From Mobula hypostoma (taxonomy: Eukaryota): a stretch of DNA of 64,000 nucleotides. This document shows positions 1 to 13,400 of the stretch, piece after piece; positions within the stretch are counted from its first letter, which is position 1, and every line of letters begins with the position of its first letter. The notes below the pieces were generated by a model. The model was not told the DNA's origin and made no database searches. It saw only the letters and a program-made list of their open reading frames with translations. The translations under genes and the position numbers were made by a program. The stretch is from assembly GCF_963921235.1 (NCBI RefSeq), contig NC_086108.1:36396001-36460000 (forward strand), read 5' to 3'.

Positions 1-395
1 ACAGTGGTGAATATTTAAAACTGATCTCAATTATCTCATTTATGGCCCCTAGACAGAGACCACTTTGTATTGAGATAAATAGTGTGTACATCAGACTTTG
101 ATCTTGACCTTGCTTTTAATATGCACTGCCTTCTCATGAGCTCCTGCCTCAGGCTATGATCTATAAGAGTAGAGAAATTTTTAATCTGATGAAAAATGCT
201 TAATTTAGGAAATATGTTATCTAATGCAGCATTTTTCTGTTGTACTTAAGTAAGTTCTAAATGGGAGAAATATTGTTTTAAACATAGCATATGTCTATAG
301 CTCAATGTCCTAATACAAATTTTGAGTGTGTATACAGATTCAATTGATCAAGATATTTGTTTTCTTGGGCAGGCTTTGTATCTCAATTCAGTATT

Positions 396-492
396 GTTGT
401 CTTGGCCATTTGTTCTTCCTCCTCAGGTCAAGTTCAACAGTAGTTGTCTTGGCCATTTGTTCTTCCTCCTCAGGTCAAGTTCAACAGTAGTT
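396..492. repeat. Perfect 47-bp tandem duplication
   Basis: gttgtcttggccatttgttcttcctcctcaggtcaagttcaacagta starts at both 396 and 443. Confidence 0.95.
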
Positions 493-1574
493 TTTGACTC
501 TGTTTTAATTTGTGCGGTAAAACTCCAATATTGTGACAAATTATTTGGAAATCCTAATGGTTCCATATCTGTCTCCCCAAGTGATGTTTCCTGTACTCTC
601 TCTTGGCCCCCATTTAGTGTTCTGCCTGTAAACTCTCTTGGACCCCATTTCCTGTACTCTCTTGAAGTTCACCAATGCCCTATTTTCATGCGCTTCTTTA
701 AATTCTTTAAGGTCCTGTTTCCCAGGCTTGCTTTAAAGTTATTGGGGTCACTGCTGTAAAATTTATTGAACAACAATGTTAGATTTTTAAAAATGTGAAT
801 TAAAATTGTATTAGAATACTTATAAGAGTAGCATAGAACAATCTGGACTATGTCATTCTGACACACCAGTGTTCCAAGTGTGTCAGGTTAATGGAGTTTT
901 AATTCATGCATGTATGGGATAATTTCTGATGTTCATGAATACATGTCACATTAAGTAGTGTATAATCCGGAGTTTATTATAAACTCTGCTGTTGACAATC
1001 ATTTGGAAAGTTTTTCTCATTATCATTTGTAGGTAGATTTTTTTTTACAGTAATAACTACTTCTTAATCATATCCATTATTTCCCTTTCTGCTAAACTAA
1101 TGAGGATTATTAGCTCTTAAGGATATCTGCCACCCATAATTTGCTTTGGATTTTTATTGATGATGACTGTCTGCATTTATGATGGATTGGTATTTTTTAG
1201 GCTCATTTTAATTCTTCAGGTGAATTGAAGATAACTAGTAAAATCTGTAGTTGCAGAGCCATCACTTTTGTTATTGGTGAATTATAATGGCTCTGTTTTA
1301 AAACCCACAGATTTCTGAGATTTCTACTATGCTCTAATTGTGGAATCTTATTTTGACACCACAACTTTAGCATTTATAGTTTTACATATATAGGTTTGGA
1401 ATATCCTCCTCAATCACTTTTTTCCTGCTGCTCTTGTTCACGGATGATCCTTGAAACCTGATCTCTGATCAAACTTTGTTTTTCTGCTTTATTTGGCTTG
1501 GTACCAATTTTGTTTAAGATTTATGTAAAGTCTCTTGAAACATTTTATTGTTAATTGTTATTAAGTTCATTGGG

Positions 1575-2115
1575 TCATCAAGAGGTGTAGCACAGAAATA
1601 GGCCCTTTGGCCCATCTAGACAATGCCAAATCAATTTAAACTGCCTACTCCCATTGACCTGTACTGGGACCATAGCCCTACATACCCCTACTATCCATGT
1701 ATCTATTGAAGCTTCTCTTAAATGTCGAAATTGAGCTTGCATACTCCACTTATACCGGCAGCTCATTCCACATTCTGACAACCCTCTGAGTAAAGACGTT
1801 TCCCCTCATGTTCCCCTTAAATTTTTCACATTTCACCCTTAACCCTTGTCCCCTGATTGTAGTCCTACTCATCTCTGTGGAAAAAACCTGCTTGCATTAA
1901 CCTAATCTATACCCCTTGTAATTTTCTACACCTTTATCAAATCTCCTCTGAACCTTCTGTGTTCTAAGGAATACAGTCCTAACCTATTCAATCTTTCCAT
2001 ATAACTCAGGTCCTCCATACCCAGCAACATCCTTGTAAATTTTCTCTGTACTTTGTAGGTAGGTGCCCAAAACTGCTAGGATACTCCACATTAGGCCTCG
2101 CCGATGTCTTATAAA
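1575..2115 (-). mobile_element. CR1-type LINE, 3' fragment
   Basis: Reverse complement resembles the CR1 ORF2 C-terminus and 3'UTR (...gggccaaagggcctatttctgtgct) seen in other copies in this window. Confidence 0.8.
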
Positions 2116-2929
2116 TTTACAGTTTAAACTGTGGAATTGTAATGATGTCTTCTTGTACAAATAAGTGAAACATTTTCAAGGTAGTGATTCTGTTTTAATT
2201 GGTGACTGTCAAAGGACTATTGAAGATGTTCCAAAAATGAATTTTGTAATGTTTTATGGGAACTGGGAGAGACAGGAGAATTATTACTCACTCTCTCTAC
2301 CCAACCACTGAAGTAGCATGTATTTACCAGCTGCTTTCCTGGATGATTTTCAGCTTTCCAAAACCACTGACATCTTGAAAACTGCTTTTGACATCCACAG
2401 GTCTACAGTTAATTTCAAATAAGATGTGAGCTTGAAATTAATTTGTACATTGTGTGGGTACCATAGATTGTTCTTGGCACTCATTTTGAAATAACAATGA
2501 GAATTTTCACAAATTCCTCATATATTTTAGCATTGCCTCCAAATTACTGATGATACTTCAACACCAGTTGCTCATAATCTACATAACAATGTAGCACCTG
2601 ATATCAACATATACATTACTGGGTTGGTCCAACTAACTGTTTAAAAAAAAAATCACTTCCATTTCATAATTTAATCACGTCTGATGTTGATCAGATTATT
2701 GTTGATAATTATCCCGTGCCATCTATTTTCTATGAAGTCTAGTTTAACTCTAGTTTGGCTGGAAATTAAATTTATATGATTTATTTAGTTGATTTAGGTG
2801 TAGAGTAGATTAATATTTTAATCATCATAGAATTATATATTGATCTTATGTAACTGAGTTGAAGAGTATGAGATGGTAGATAACTACAAAACGGCTTGGC
2901 ACCTGCCTGAAGTAGAATCAAGTGGTTCC

Positions 2930-3010
2930 CAAATGTCATTTCATATTTGACTCCAAGATGAGCTTCAAGCTACAGATTCATGCCATTACTAAGACAGCTT
3001 ATTTCTACTA
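2930..3010 (+). mobile_element. Ancient L2-like LINE RT remnant
   Basis: Reads FDSKMSFKLQIHAITKTAYFY, resembling the L2 'LDS.LSF..HI..I.K.AYFH' region. A similar remnant (QLNTGKTKAIV) lies near 24590. Confidence 0.45.
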
Positions 3011-4929
3011 TTAATGTTGACTGATAGGTCTTGTCTCAGGATACCTGCTACTTAAGCCCATTTCCATTCCATTGTTGCTTCTAAACTTCCAGTGCCCTTT
3101 TGTCTGCTTTACTGCTTTTATTATTTCATGATTTTGAAATCACCTAAAATATTGCTATCTATCTATTTAAGGAGTATATGCCTATTGCTGTTACTTCTTT
3201 AAACAGTGGCTGTGCCTGTGTGGTCTAACCCATAGTCAGGGGTACCCATTTAAAGAATTACTTGGCAATAAATTACCTTTGAAAATCAAAGAGTTAGCCA
3301 CCGTGTTTTCATCTGATGGTCAGTTACTTTTTGGTAATATGCAGTCAGTTAGTAATTGCCTTTCCTTGCACATGTTCTAATTCAAGACTCAAATTTATTT
3401 ATCACGCGTATGTTATCACTGATTCACTGGAGTATGACAACTTGGACTCGTTCCTCAATCACACTTATTATTCACTTGTGCACAAAGAGAAAACGTGGCC
3501 CCTATTACCAAAGTGCTCTGAAGTTTGAACAAAGAAATGCCATTTTTATACAGAAATTGATGAGCTATACAAATATTGATCCAGTAGTAATTTTGTGCAC
3601 TTCGGAATCCCATCATTTGCATATTTAAGTACCAGTCATAATACATATTTCAGGTGTTAATAACCGATTAAATCCACACGTTAAAAGCCAATAATACTTG
3701 AGAATTAGTAAAATAACTGACCTATAGTAATCGTTGCTCTAGAATCCTTCATTTGTATATTTTTCTTGTCTTGGTGAGCTTGGGTTCCAGGCTTGAACAG
3801 AAGGGCTGTACAAAGGGCTGTGTTCAGCCAGGGTGACTGAACTATGTCTGCACACAATCTCTGTTGGCTTGTCATCTGGACCAGTGAACTTACAACACAT
3901 AGAAAAATGATGCAAGTGTCTGTGCTCTATTCTGTTACCATATGATTTTAAACTTTACTTTGCTGCAGTTTTCTCATGTACATTGAAACATTCAGTGAAA
4001 AGTGTCATTTGTGTTGAAAACCAATGCACCTGAGAATGTGCTGGGGACAGCCCGCAAGTGTCGCCACACGTTCTGGCATCAATGTTTGTATTTTTAATTG
4101 TTTAATATTTTAGTTTATTCATAAACTCAAGTTTTCCTCTTAGCATAACTGCTGTGACAAGTTTTATTTAAACCTATTACACTTGAGCTTGTAAATGTCA
4201 GGTTGTGCTCAGCATTAGACTAAATATTATGATTCCTGGCTTATATTTTGTATCAATCGGAAATGCCCAATATATATATTCTATAAAATGTCAGTAGCAT
4301 TTCTGACTATGGGTGATATTTGTGCAAAATGTTCTAGTGTTTTGACATCAGATATTAATTTTCATATAATTATTTCATTCTCAGTTTCTTATATGCATGG
4401 TTTGGCATAAATGGCAATGGAATATGTGAAACACATCAAAACAGTAATCTTCTCTTCGATATAGAATCTATACTACCATCAGATCAAATAATGTAATATT
4501 TTATATTGTTGAACAATTTAATGTAAATGATATAGTACATCAAATGAATGCTACTATTTCAAAAGTTCATGAAACGAGCTTTCTTGGTCTCTCTGCCTTA
4601 GTTTCAGTGGGAAGGATATACAAAAAAATGTAAAATTGAGATTAATATTTATCCACACTACAATTTTATTCTGAAGAGAATTATGTGTCGACAGTTAAAT
4701 ACAATGTTAATAGAATTAACTACTCCTGTATGAATTCCCACATAAAGATTTTCCCCGGAGAATAATTCTTCCAGTTAATTTCTTCTTCAAAGCCATAATG
4801 TATTTGCATTATAGAGTGTTCATATTTCAGGTGTTTTAATTATAAATTAATTTGGAGCACTTAACTGAAGTTGAAGTCAAATCTTTGTCAAATGCACAAG
4901 AGCAATGAAAAACTCACTACAGCATTATC

Positions 4930-6120
4930 ACCTATCTCTTGGCTTCATGCATTAGATTACCATTCTAATCATTTTTAAAGATTAAAGTCTGTCACGAGCC
5001 TTGTGGCCCACCAAGCTGATTTCCGTGGCGTGAAGTGACTAAGAGTACGAGACTACCCCCAGCCGAGGCTCAAACCCACGACCTTCAGATCGCTAGTCCA
5101 ACGCCCTAACCACGGCCACGCGCCACACTTTCTGATCATCTAGAGGTCAATTTTGTCCCTTACAATCATTTTGCTCTTAACATATCTATAGAAGCCCTTG
5201 GGATTCTGCTTCACCTTGTCTACTTTAGCAGCCTCATGCCTTCTTTTAGCCCTCCTGATTTCTTTAAGTATTGTCTTGCATTTCTTATACCCCTCATGTA
5301 CCTCAGTTGTTCCTACCTGCCTATACCTGCTATGCCTCTCCTTTTTTCTTAACCAGGGCCTCAATATCTCCTGGAAACTAAAGTTCCCTAAACTTGTTAT
5401 CATTGCCTTTTATTCTGACAGGCACATACAAGCTTTGTATTCTCAAGATTTCACTTTTGAGGACCTACTTTCCACAGGCACCCTTGCTAGAAAACAGCCT
5501 GTCCCCAAACCACACTTGTCAGATCATTTCTGATTCCATTAAAGTTGGCCTTTCCCCAATCTTTTCCATAATTACCTTGAAACTAATGGTATCATGATCA
5601 CTTGATGCATAGTGTTCCCCTGCACAAACTTCTGTCACCTGCTGTGTCTCATTCCCTGATAGGAGGTCAAATATTGCACACTCTCTCCTTGTGACTTCTA
5701 TGTGCTGATTAAGGAAACTTTCCTGAATGCATTTGACAAACTCTATCCCATCTAGTCCTTTTATAGTCATCTCAGTCAATATATGGAAAGTTAAAAGTGC
5801 CTACTATAGCAGCCTTGTGTCTTTTGCAAAATTCTGTGATCTTTCTACAAATTTGTTCCTCTAAATGCCACAGATCACCCATGATCTATGATCCCATAGA
5901 TCATGGGTGATCTATAATATAGCTCCATTAGCATGGTCAGACCTTTCTTATTACTCAGTTCCACCCATGAAGCTTCACTAGACGAGTTCTCCAAGTCTGT
6001 CCTGACTGAGCACTGCTGTGACATTTTCTTTGACTAGGAACGCTACCCCTCTCCCTTTAATCCCTCCTGCTCTATCACATTTAAAACAAAAGAACCCGGG
6101 AATAACGAGCTACCAGCCTC
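4930..6120 (-). mobile_element. CR1 LINE ORF2 fragment (endonuclease and linker region), decayed
   Basis: ORFs 5519..5779 (EFVKCIQESFLNQH...SDH) and 5140..5403 (KVKQNPKGFYRYV) carry CR1 ORF2 motifs. Confidence 0.85.
4973..5129 (-). mobile_element. Short tRNA-derived SINE inserted into a CR1 fragment
   Basis: Minus strand reads GTGTGGCGCGTGGCCGTGGTTAGGGCGTTGGACT...GGGTTTGAGCC (A/B-box-like) with a CTTTAATCTTTAA tail. Flanked by ttctaatcat (4963-4972) and ttctgatcat (5130-5139). Confidence 0.8.
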
Positions 6121-6124
6121 TGCC

Positions 6125-7200
6125 AAATGTCGAAAGAATCTTGATGTTGGACAGGACCTTCCTATGCAGTGCAGTCTGTTCCTTTGATGGGACTTTGCTT
6201 TCAATTCCCTTTTTTTTGTTGCTGCTACTGAAAGACCACATGTTGTAGTGAGCTATCAACTATCATCAGCTTATTTGACCCTCTTGGGTTGGCTGCTCCA
6301 GTCAGTATCCAAGGGTGCTTCATGTTAAGGGAGTTGATCTCGGACATTTGTGGATGGATGTTCCATTCCCTAATAAGTAACATGGTTAATGGAAGCAGTT
6401 GTGTTCCTCACTAAAGGAGCTTAAAGGCTTGAAAATTCCAAGAACCTACACAACAATTCCATGATATATAGAACACAAGAAAGTGGTTCTCATCTTCTGT
6501 GATATATTAACTAAAGCTATGGCTGCTGTTACATACCTAAAGGTCACGGACACTGCTGAATAATACTGAAGTTGAATTCATCCTGGGTAAGGCAAAGCTT
6601 GCTCCTAAATCAGATCTCACCGTACCATGGCTTGAACTCAATGATGGCAGAGATGATAAACAAAGAGTTGGACAAAGGACTAGATAATAGCAAGTTTTTT
6701 ACCGCAGTAAAGTGGTACTCAGTTATATATTTAATGAAATAAGAAGATTCTGTATCAAAGTACACAATAGAATACATCATATCAGGTTATTAACCTAGAA
6801 GAGCCAATGAAACAATGTTTCTAGTGAACTAACATGACTGATCATGCCACAGAGCACTTCAAACTAATCAGCTTGCCCTCTCTAAATGGCTAACTGGCCC
6901 AGCATTCCTTGCTGATTAATTCTCAACAAGAAACTAGCCAGTAGGAAACTTTCAACTTAGCCGACCCCGAGGCAGATGTAGAGTATGTCCACTAGTGTCA
7001 ACCAACATCACTCATTTGTCACTCCTCCAACCTGGCAGTGCATGCTTTGAATGTACTTCAATCTGTAAGTTTCTCACCAGAGCAACTGCCCTGCTCCAAT
7101 ATATTGCTTACTCCTTTACAGGAAGAGCCAAAGACAGCCCTTTACAGGAAGAGCCAAAGACAGCCTTTGCAATGACTGACAACCTCTCAATGCAGAGCAA
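6125..7200 (+). mobile_element. BEL/Pao LTR retrotransposon pol remnant (RT connection / RNase H region)
   Basis: Frameshifted peptides in the expected BEL/Pao order: DLPMQCSL, LSTIISLFDPLGLAAPVSIQG, FILGKAKLAPKSDLTVPWLEL, SKWLTGPAFL. No LTRs seen. Confidence 0.8.
7113..7164. repeat. 26-bp tandem duplication
   Basis: cctttacaggaagagccaaagacagc occurs twice in tandem. Confidence 0.9.
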
Positions 7201-7229
7201 CTAGATCAGGCAAAGGATTCCTGACCTCT

Positions 7230-8315
7230 GTCTTCATCTCTGGAGACAAGCTGACTACCAATATCTTTTAGAAACCTATGGCTATATTGAATATACTTCT
7301 TCCCACCCTGTCTCCTGTGAAAACGCTGTTCTCTTTTCTCAGTTCCTTTGTCTCCACCATTTCTATTCCCAGGATCAAGCTTTCCTTTCCAGCACACCAG
7401 AGACGTCCTTCTTCTTTAAAGAATGGTGTTCTCCTTTCTCCACTGATGCTGCCCTTAGCTACTTCTCTTCCCATTTTCCAGACATCCACGCACACTCCAT
7501 CTTTCTACCATCTTAATAGGGATAGAGTTCCTCTTGTCCTCTCCAACCACATACTGAACCTCCACATCCAACACATCATTCTCAGCAACTTCCACCATCC
7601 TCAATGAGATCCCACCACCAAATACATCTTTACCTCCATTTTAATTCCTGTTCCAACATGTTGATCCATGGCCTCATCTTCAGCCACAGTGAGGCCACAC
7701 TCAAGTTGGAGGAGCAACACCTCATAATCCATCTGGGTCACCTCCAACCTGCTGGCATGAACTTCAATTTCTCCGACTTCTGATAAGAATTTTCCCTCCT
7801 CCTTTCTTTCTCCTATTCCCAACTCTGGCCTCTTATCTCTTATCTTCTACTCACCTGCCTATCACCTCACCTGGTGTCTCTCCTTCTTGCCTTTCTCCCA
7901 TGGATGACTCTCCTCTCCTATCAGATTCCTCCTTCTCCAGCTCTTTGCCTTTTCCACCTATCACCTCCCAGCTTCTGACTTCATCCCTCACCCCCACCCA
8001 TCTGGCTTCATCTATCACTTTCTAGCCTCCCCTGTGTCCACCTCCCCCACCTTTTTATTTTAGAATATAGAACAGCACAGCAGAGTATCAGGCCATTTGG
8101 CCCACAATGTTGTACCAAACCAGGTAAAAATCAAATCAAAAACATCTAAACATTAATCCCTCCTGCCTACATAATGCCCAATCCCGCTATCTTCCTTACA
8201 TCCATGTACCTACCCAAATATTTCCTGAAAGCCTCTAATATATTTGCCTCTTCCCCCTTCCTTCCCATCCTGATGAAGGGTTTTGGAAACATCAACTGTT
8301 TATTCATTTCCATTT
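7230..8315 (+). mobile_element. Penelope-like element 3' fragment, interrupted by a minus-strand CR1 3' end (~8063-8250)
   Basis: Shows FSQFLCL, RDRVPLVL and EATLKLEEQHLIIHLGHLQPAGMNFNFS (end of the GIY-YIG region), a pyrimidine-rich tail, and a decayed hammerhead motif at 8270-8295. Confidence 0.8.
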
Positions 8316-8664
8316 ATAAGGCAAAATAATGTTTTACTTCCCAATAGCTCATTAGGAGATGACAATAGGCAATCTTCTTCCTCTACACTCAAAGCTGGCA
8401 TCTTCTCTCTCATATGCAAGCTAACCTTATCCATATATTTCATCAGATGGTCTCATTTTGCTGGGATCATTGTCTTCATCCTTGTAGCAAAACTCTGGAC
8501 CCATCATTTCACAAATTGTAGTTTTCTCTGGTTAAATATTAGAAGGATAAAATGCATTTATTTTCTTAGCACAAACCCCAAATTGGCCACAATTCCTCAG
8601 TGTTTCTAACTTCTAATGCATGTAATTTTCAAATCCATTTATAGCCTTTCACTTTCCTACCTCT

Positions 8665-9870
8665 AATAGATAGATAGTTTATTGATCCCAAAGGAAATTA
8701 CAGTGTCACAGTAGCATTACAAGGGCACAGATATAAATATTAGAAGAGAATTAGAAAGAATAAACAGTAAGTTACCACAAACAGTCTAACGAGGGGGTCA
8801 TCACTTCCCTGGCTATAGGTTGACTTATTATAGAACATAATGGCCGAGGCTAAGAATGACCTCATATAGTGCTCTTTGGAGCAGCACAGTTGTCTTAGTC
8901 AACAGCCAAGATGGCATGCAGAGGGTGAGAAACATTGTCCAGAATTGAGGGAAGTACAGTTACATACCAGACAGTGATGCAGCCAGTCAGGATGCTCTCA
9001 ATTGTGCCAGAAAGAATAGAAAGTTCTTAGAATTTGGGAGCCATACCAAACTTCTTCAACTGCCTGAGGTGAAAGAGGCACTGTTGTGCCTTTTTCACCA
9101 CATAGCCAGTATATACAGACCACGTGAGATCCTTCGTGGTTTATGCCGAGGAACTTAAAGCTGTTCATCTTCTCAATCCCAGATCCATTGATGTCAGTAG
9201 CAGTTAGCCTGCCTCCATTCCTCCTGTTGTCCACAACCAGCTCCTTTGATTTTGCGATATTGAGGAAGAGGCTGTTTTCTTGACACCGCTGTGTCAGGGT
9301 GATCACTTTTTCTCTGTAGGCTGCCTCATTATTATTTGCGATTAGGCCAATCAGTGTAGTATCGTCAGCAAATTTAATTAGCAGATTGCAGCTGTGGGTT
9401 GTGACACAGTCATGGGTATACAAAGAGTAAAGGAGGGGGCCTAGGATACAGCCAGCCCTGAGGGGCACCTGTGTTGAGCGGCAAAGGGGCAGAGGTGAGG
9501 GAGCCCACTCTTACCGCCTGCTGGCATTCTGACAGGAAGTCCAAGATCCAGCTACACAAGGCTAAGGTCTCTGAGCTTATTGTCGAGCCTGGAGAGAATT
9601 CAAGTCCATCACCATCTCTTTTATCTGACTAATGCTGAGCTGCAGATAATTCAGCTTGCAACAGTTGACAAAGTCCACCATCAGGGCCTTGTATCCATCC
9701 TCACATCCTCCCTTTATACATCCAACTATTACTGAGTCATCAGAGAATTTCTGCAGATAACATGACTCAGTGTTGTATTTAAAGCCCAAGGAATACAGGT
9801 TAAACAGGAAGGAAGCCAGCAGAGTCCTCTGTCGGGCCTCCTGTGCTGCTTATAGCCATGTCTGACACAG
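8665..9870 (-). mobile_element. Rex1/Babar-type LINE RT fragments (two adjacent pieces)
   Basis: ORF 8998..9468 (LGPLLYSLYTHDC..KFADDTTLIGLI) and ORF 9577..9789 (LQKFSDDSVIVGCI). Microsatellite-type tail at ~8666. Confidence 0.85.
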
Positions 9871-10489
9871 GGTTTGGGAAGGGCTTGCTTCCTCTTTAGA
9901 AAACATCCTTTTTTTTAAGCTATTGACAGAAATGCTGTTTCACTTCACTATTTCTATTCATGTCATAAGCTACCTGGGCTATCAGCTCTCGAGGTTGTTT
10001 TTAAATGGTTCTTCCCCTTTCCCATCCTCATTCCATCTCCCCCACCCACCCCCCTCTCCCCTCCTCCCTCCCCCTCCCAAGTCTTCCGCCCCCTCTTGTC
10101 TCCCTTTTTCTCTCCTCTCTCATGCACACTACACTCCAACCCACACACACAACAAAAACAGACACCTTTTTGAAATCCCCATTAATGGTTTTTAATCTTC
10201 TGGAAATTCCATGGCACATGTATGATTTTTGAGAAGCACTTTGTAGTTTCATTTCTGTTGTAGGCTCCTGCCAAATAATCTTAAGTCATGGTTAGGCATC
10301 AGTGACACACATTTCATTGCTTTAGTATACAAAGAACTTTTGAATGTTTGACAGTTCATTTTTTCTCAGTCTTGAGTTACTGAAATTATGCTTGAAACTC
10401 TCTTGAACTTTACTTGATCTCACAATCCTTTTGACTTCAAATGACTTGCTGTTTTCATCAAGTGAATTGGTCCGTGCACTTTTTAATAT

Positions 10490-13400
10490 AGGTTGGTTCT
10501 GTTGGTAAAAAATGAAGTCAAATCCTTTAAAGCAGGTGACATAGGATTAGAAGATGTAGAATCCTTGTGGGTAGAGTTAGGAAACTACTAGGGTTATACA
10601 TAGGCCTCCAAATTGTAGCCAGGATGTGGGCTACAAATTATAACAGGAGATAGAAAACACATGTCAAAGGGGCAATGTTGCGATAGTCATGGGGGATTTC
10701 AATATGCAGGAAGATGAGGGAAATCAGGTTGGTGCTGGATCCCAGGAGAGAGAATGTGTAGAATGCCAATGAGATGGCTTTTTAGAGCAGCTTGTGGTTG
10801 AGCCCGTTTGGGGCAAAGGCTATTCTGGATTGGGTATTTGCAAAGAACTGGAACTGAATTAGAGAGCTTAAGGTTAAGGTACCCTTAGGGACAGTGATCA
10901 TAATATGTTAAGCTTTACCTTGCAATTTGAGAATGAGAAGATAAGTCAGATGTGTCAGTATCACAGTGGAGATGAATTATAGAGGCATGAATTCTACCTA
11001 CATATTGAAATTCCCCTGTAACTGTTGTAACTGTCCAAAGTTAATTGGAAGGGGACACCAGCAGGGATGACAGCAGTACAGCAGTGGCTGAAGTTTCTGG
11101 GAGATACATGGAAGGCGTAGAATGGATACATCCCAAAGAAAAAGTAGTATTCCAAAGACAGGATGACACAAAGATGACTGACAAGGGAAGTCAAAAACAA
11201 CATAAAAGCAAAAGAGATGGTATATTTTAGTGGGTTGTTAGAGGATTGGGAAGCTTTAAAAAAACAAGGCAAATAAAAAGCCATGAGGAGGTAAAAGATA
11301 AAGGTAATATCGAAGTGGATACCAAATGCTTTTTCATATATATAAAGAGTAAAACAGGCGAGAGTAGATATTGGACCGCTGGAAAATGCTGCCGGGTAGC
11401 TAGTTATGAGGGACAATGAACTAAATATGTACTTTTACATTGTCTTCATTGTGGGAGGCACTAGCAGTATGCTGGAAGATTGAGAACGTCAACAGGGCAG
11501 AAGCGAGTAAAGTTGCTATTACTAGGGAGAAGTGCTTGGGAAACTAAAAGGTGTAAAGGTAGACAAGTCACTTGGACCAGATGGACTACACCTGAGAATT
11601 CTGAAAGAGGTAGCTGAAGATGTTGTTAAAGTTCAAAGGTTCATTTATTATCAAAGTATATATTTAGTATACAACTCTGAGATTTGTCTTCTCCAGATAG
11701 CCACAAAACAAAGAAAATCATGGAAGTTGTTCAAGAAAATCATCAAACCCACCCCCCGCACAAAAAAGAATGGCAACATGGTAATCAATCCCCAAACTCC
11801 CATTGCCGGCATAAAAATAACTAACAAACTTGCCAAACAGGAGCGAGAACATCAACCCCTCCCCACCCCCCGCACAAAAAACACTTAACAAATTCACCAA
11901 ACAGCAACAAGAAAAAATGGGCGAAAACACAGAATATAAAAACCATAGAACTGAAATAGGCCCCAGACGATAGTCTTATCCATAAATTGCAGAGCTTCTG
12001 TAACATCCTCTGTCAGCAGCAAGAAAGAGCGATACCACAAATGCTGAGGCCTTCCTTCCGGCAACAGCAAGTGATAGGCCGCCACACTGGCTGCTCCTCT
12101 GGTAGCTGTGAGAAATCTATCACAGCAGCGAACAAGAGGCAGCTAGTTGGTGCTGAACCCTCACTCACCTTCTGCATTCGCCTGGATCTTTCAATCTTCC
12201 CTGACACTTTAATTGGGAATTAATGGATACTTTAATTTGGTGAAATGTTGTCAACCATGGGCTTGCGCCCCATCTCTAAGCTTCTTTGCCTCAAGGCCAT
12301 TCATGCTCACACTAGCTTCCTAGAATCTTCTTGGAGACAGCAAAGTGCTAGGTCACTCAATGGATCTCCAAACTAAATTGCAGGCTCTAACGGTTCCAGA
12401 AACGCATTTAAGATAAAAGCAGACGTAAAAGAAGTGAAATAAACAATTTCGTGGACAATCTGAAAGATGTCGCCTGAGATATGCTGGCACTATCTTGATC
12501 GGAAGTGTAGAGGCATTAGTAATGATCTTTCAAGAATCACAATATTCTGGCATTCTTCAGGAGGACTGGAAAATTGCAAATATCACTCCACTCTTCAAGA
12601 ATGGAGGAAGGCAGAAGAATGGAAATTAGAGGCCTGTTAGCTTGATCTCACTGGTTGGGAAGATGTTGGAGTCGTTTGTTAAGGATAAGGTCTCAGGGTA
12701 CTTGGAGGCATGCAGCTAAAGTCAACATGGTTTCCTTAAGGAAAATCTTGCTTGGCAAATCTGATGGAATTCTTTGAGGAAATAACGTGCAGGATGGATG
12801 AAGAAGAATTGGTGGACGTTGTATACTTGGATTTTCAGAAGGGTTTTGAAAAGATGCTGCACATAAGGCTGCTTAACATGATAAGAGTCCATGATATTAC
12901 AGGAAAGATATTAGCATTAATAGATTAGCTGATTGGCAGGAGGCAAAAAGTGGGAATAGATGGAGCTTTCTGTGGTTGCTGCCAATGACTAGTGGTGTTC
13001 CACACAGGTCAGAGTTGGGACTACTTTTCACGTTATATGTCAGTGATTTGGATTACAGAATTGATGGCTTTATGGCCAAGTTTGTGGGTGCTATGAAGAT
13101 AGGTGGATGGACAGGTAGTGTTGAGGAAACATGAAGGCTACAGGAGGATTTAGACAGATTAGGAGAATGGGCAAGGACTTGGCAGACGGAATACAGTGCT
13201 GGGAAGTGTATGGTCATGCATTTTGGTAGAAGGAACAATAGTGAAGACTATTTTCTAAATGGGGAGAAAATTCATAAAACAGATGTGCAAAGTGATTTGG
13301 GTGTCCTCATGCAGGATTCCCTGCAAGTTAACTTGCAGGCTGAGCTGGTGATGTGGAAGGCAAATACAATGTTAGCATTTATTTTGAGAGGACACAAAAA

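Noticed and set aside
5060..5128. Genuine tRNA gene
   Set aside because: It has A/B-box-like motifs but no complete cloverleaf, and the unrelated body, tail and TSD identify it as a SINE.
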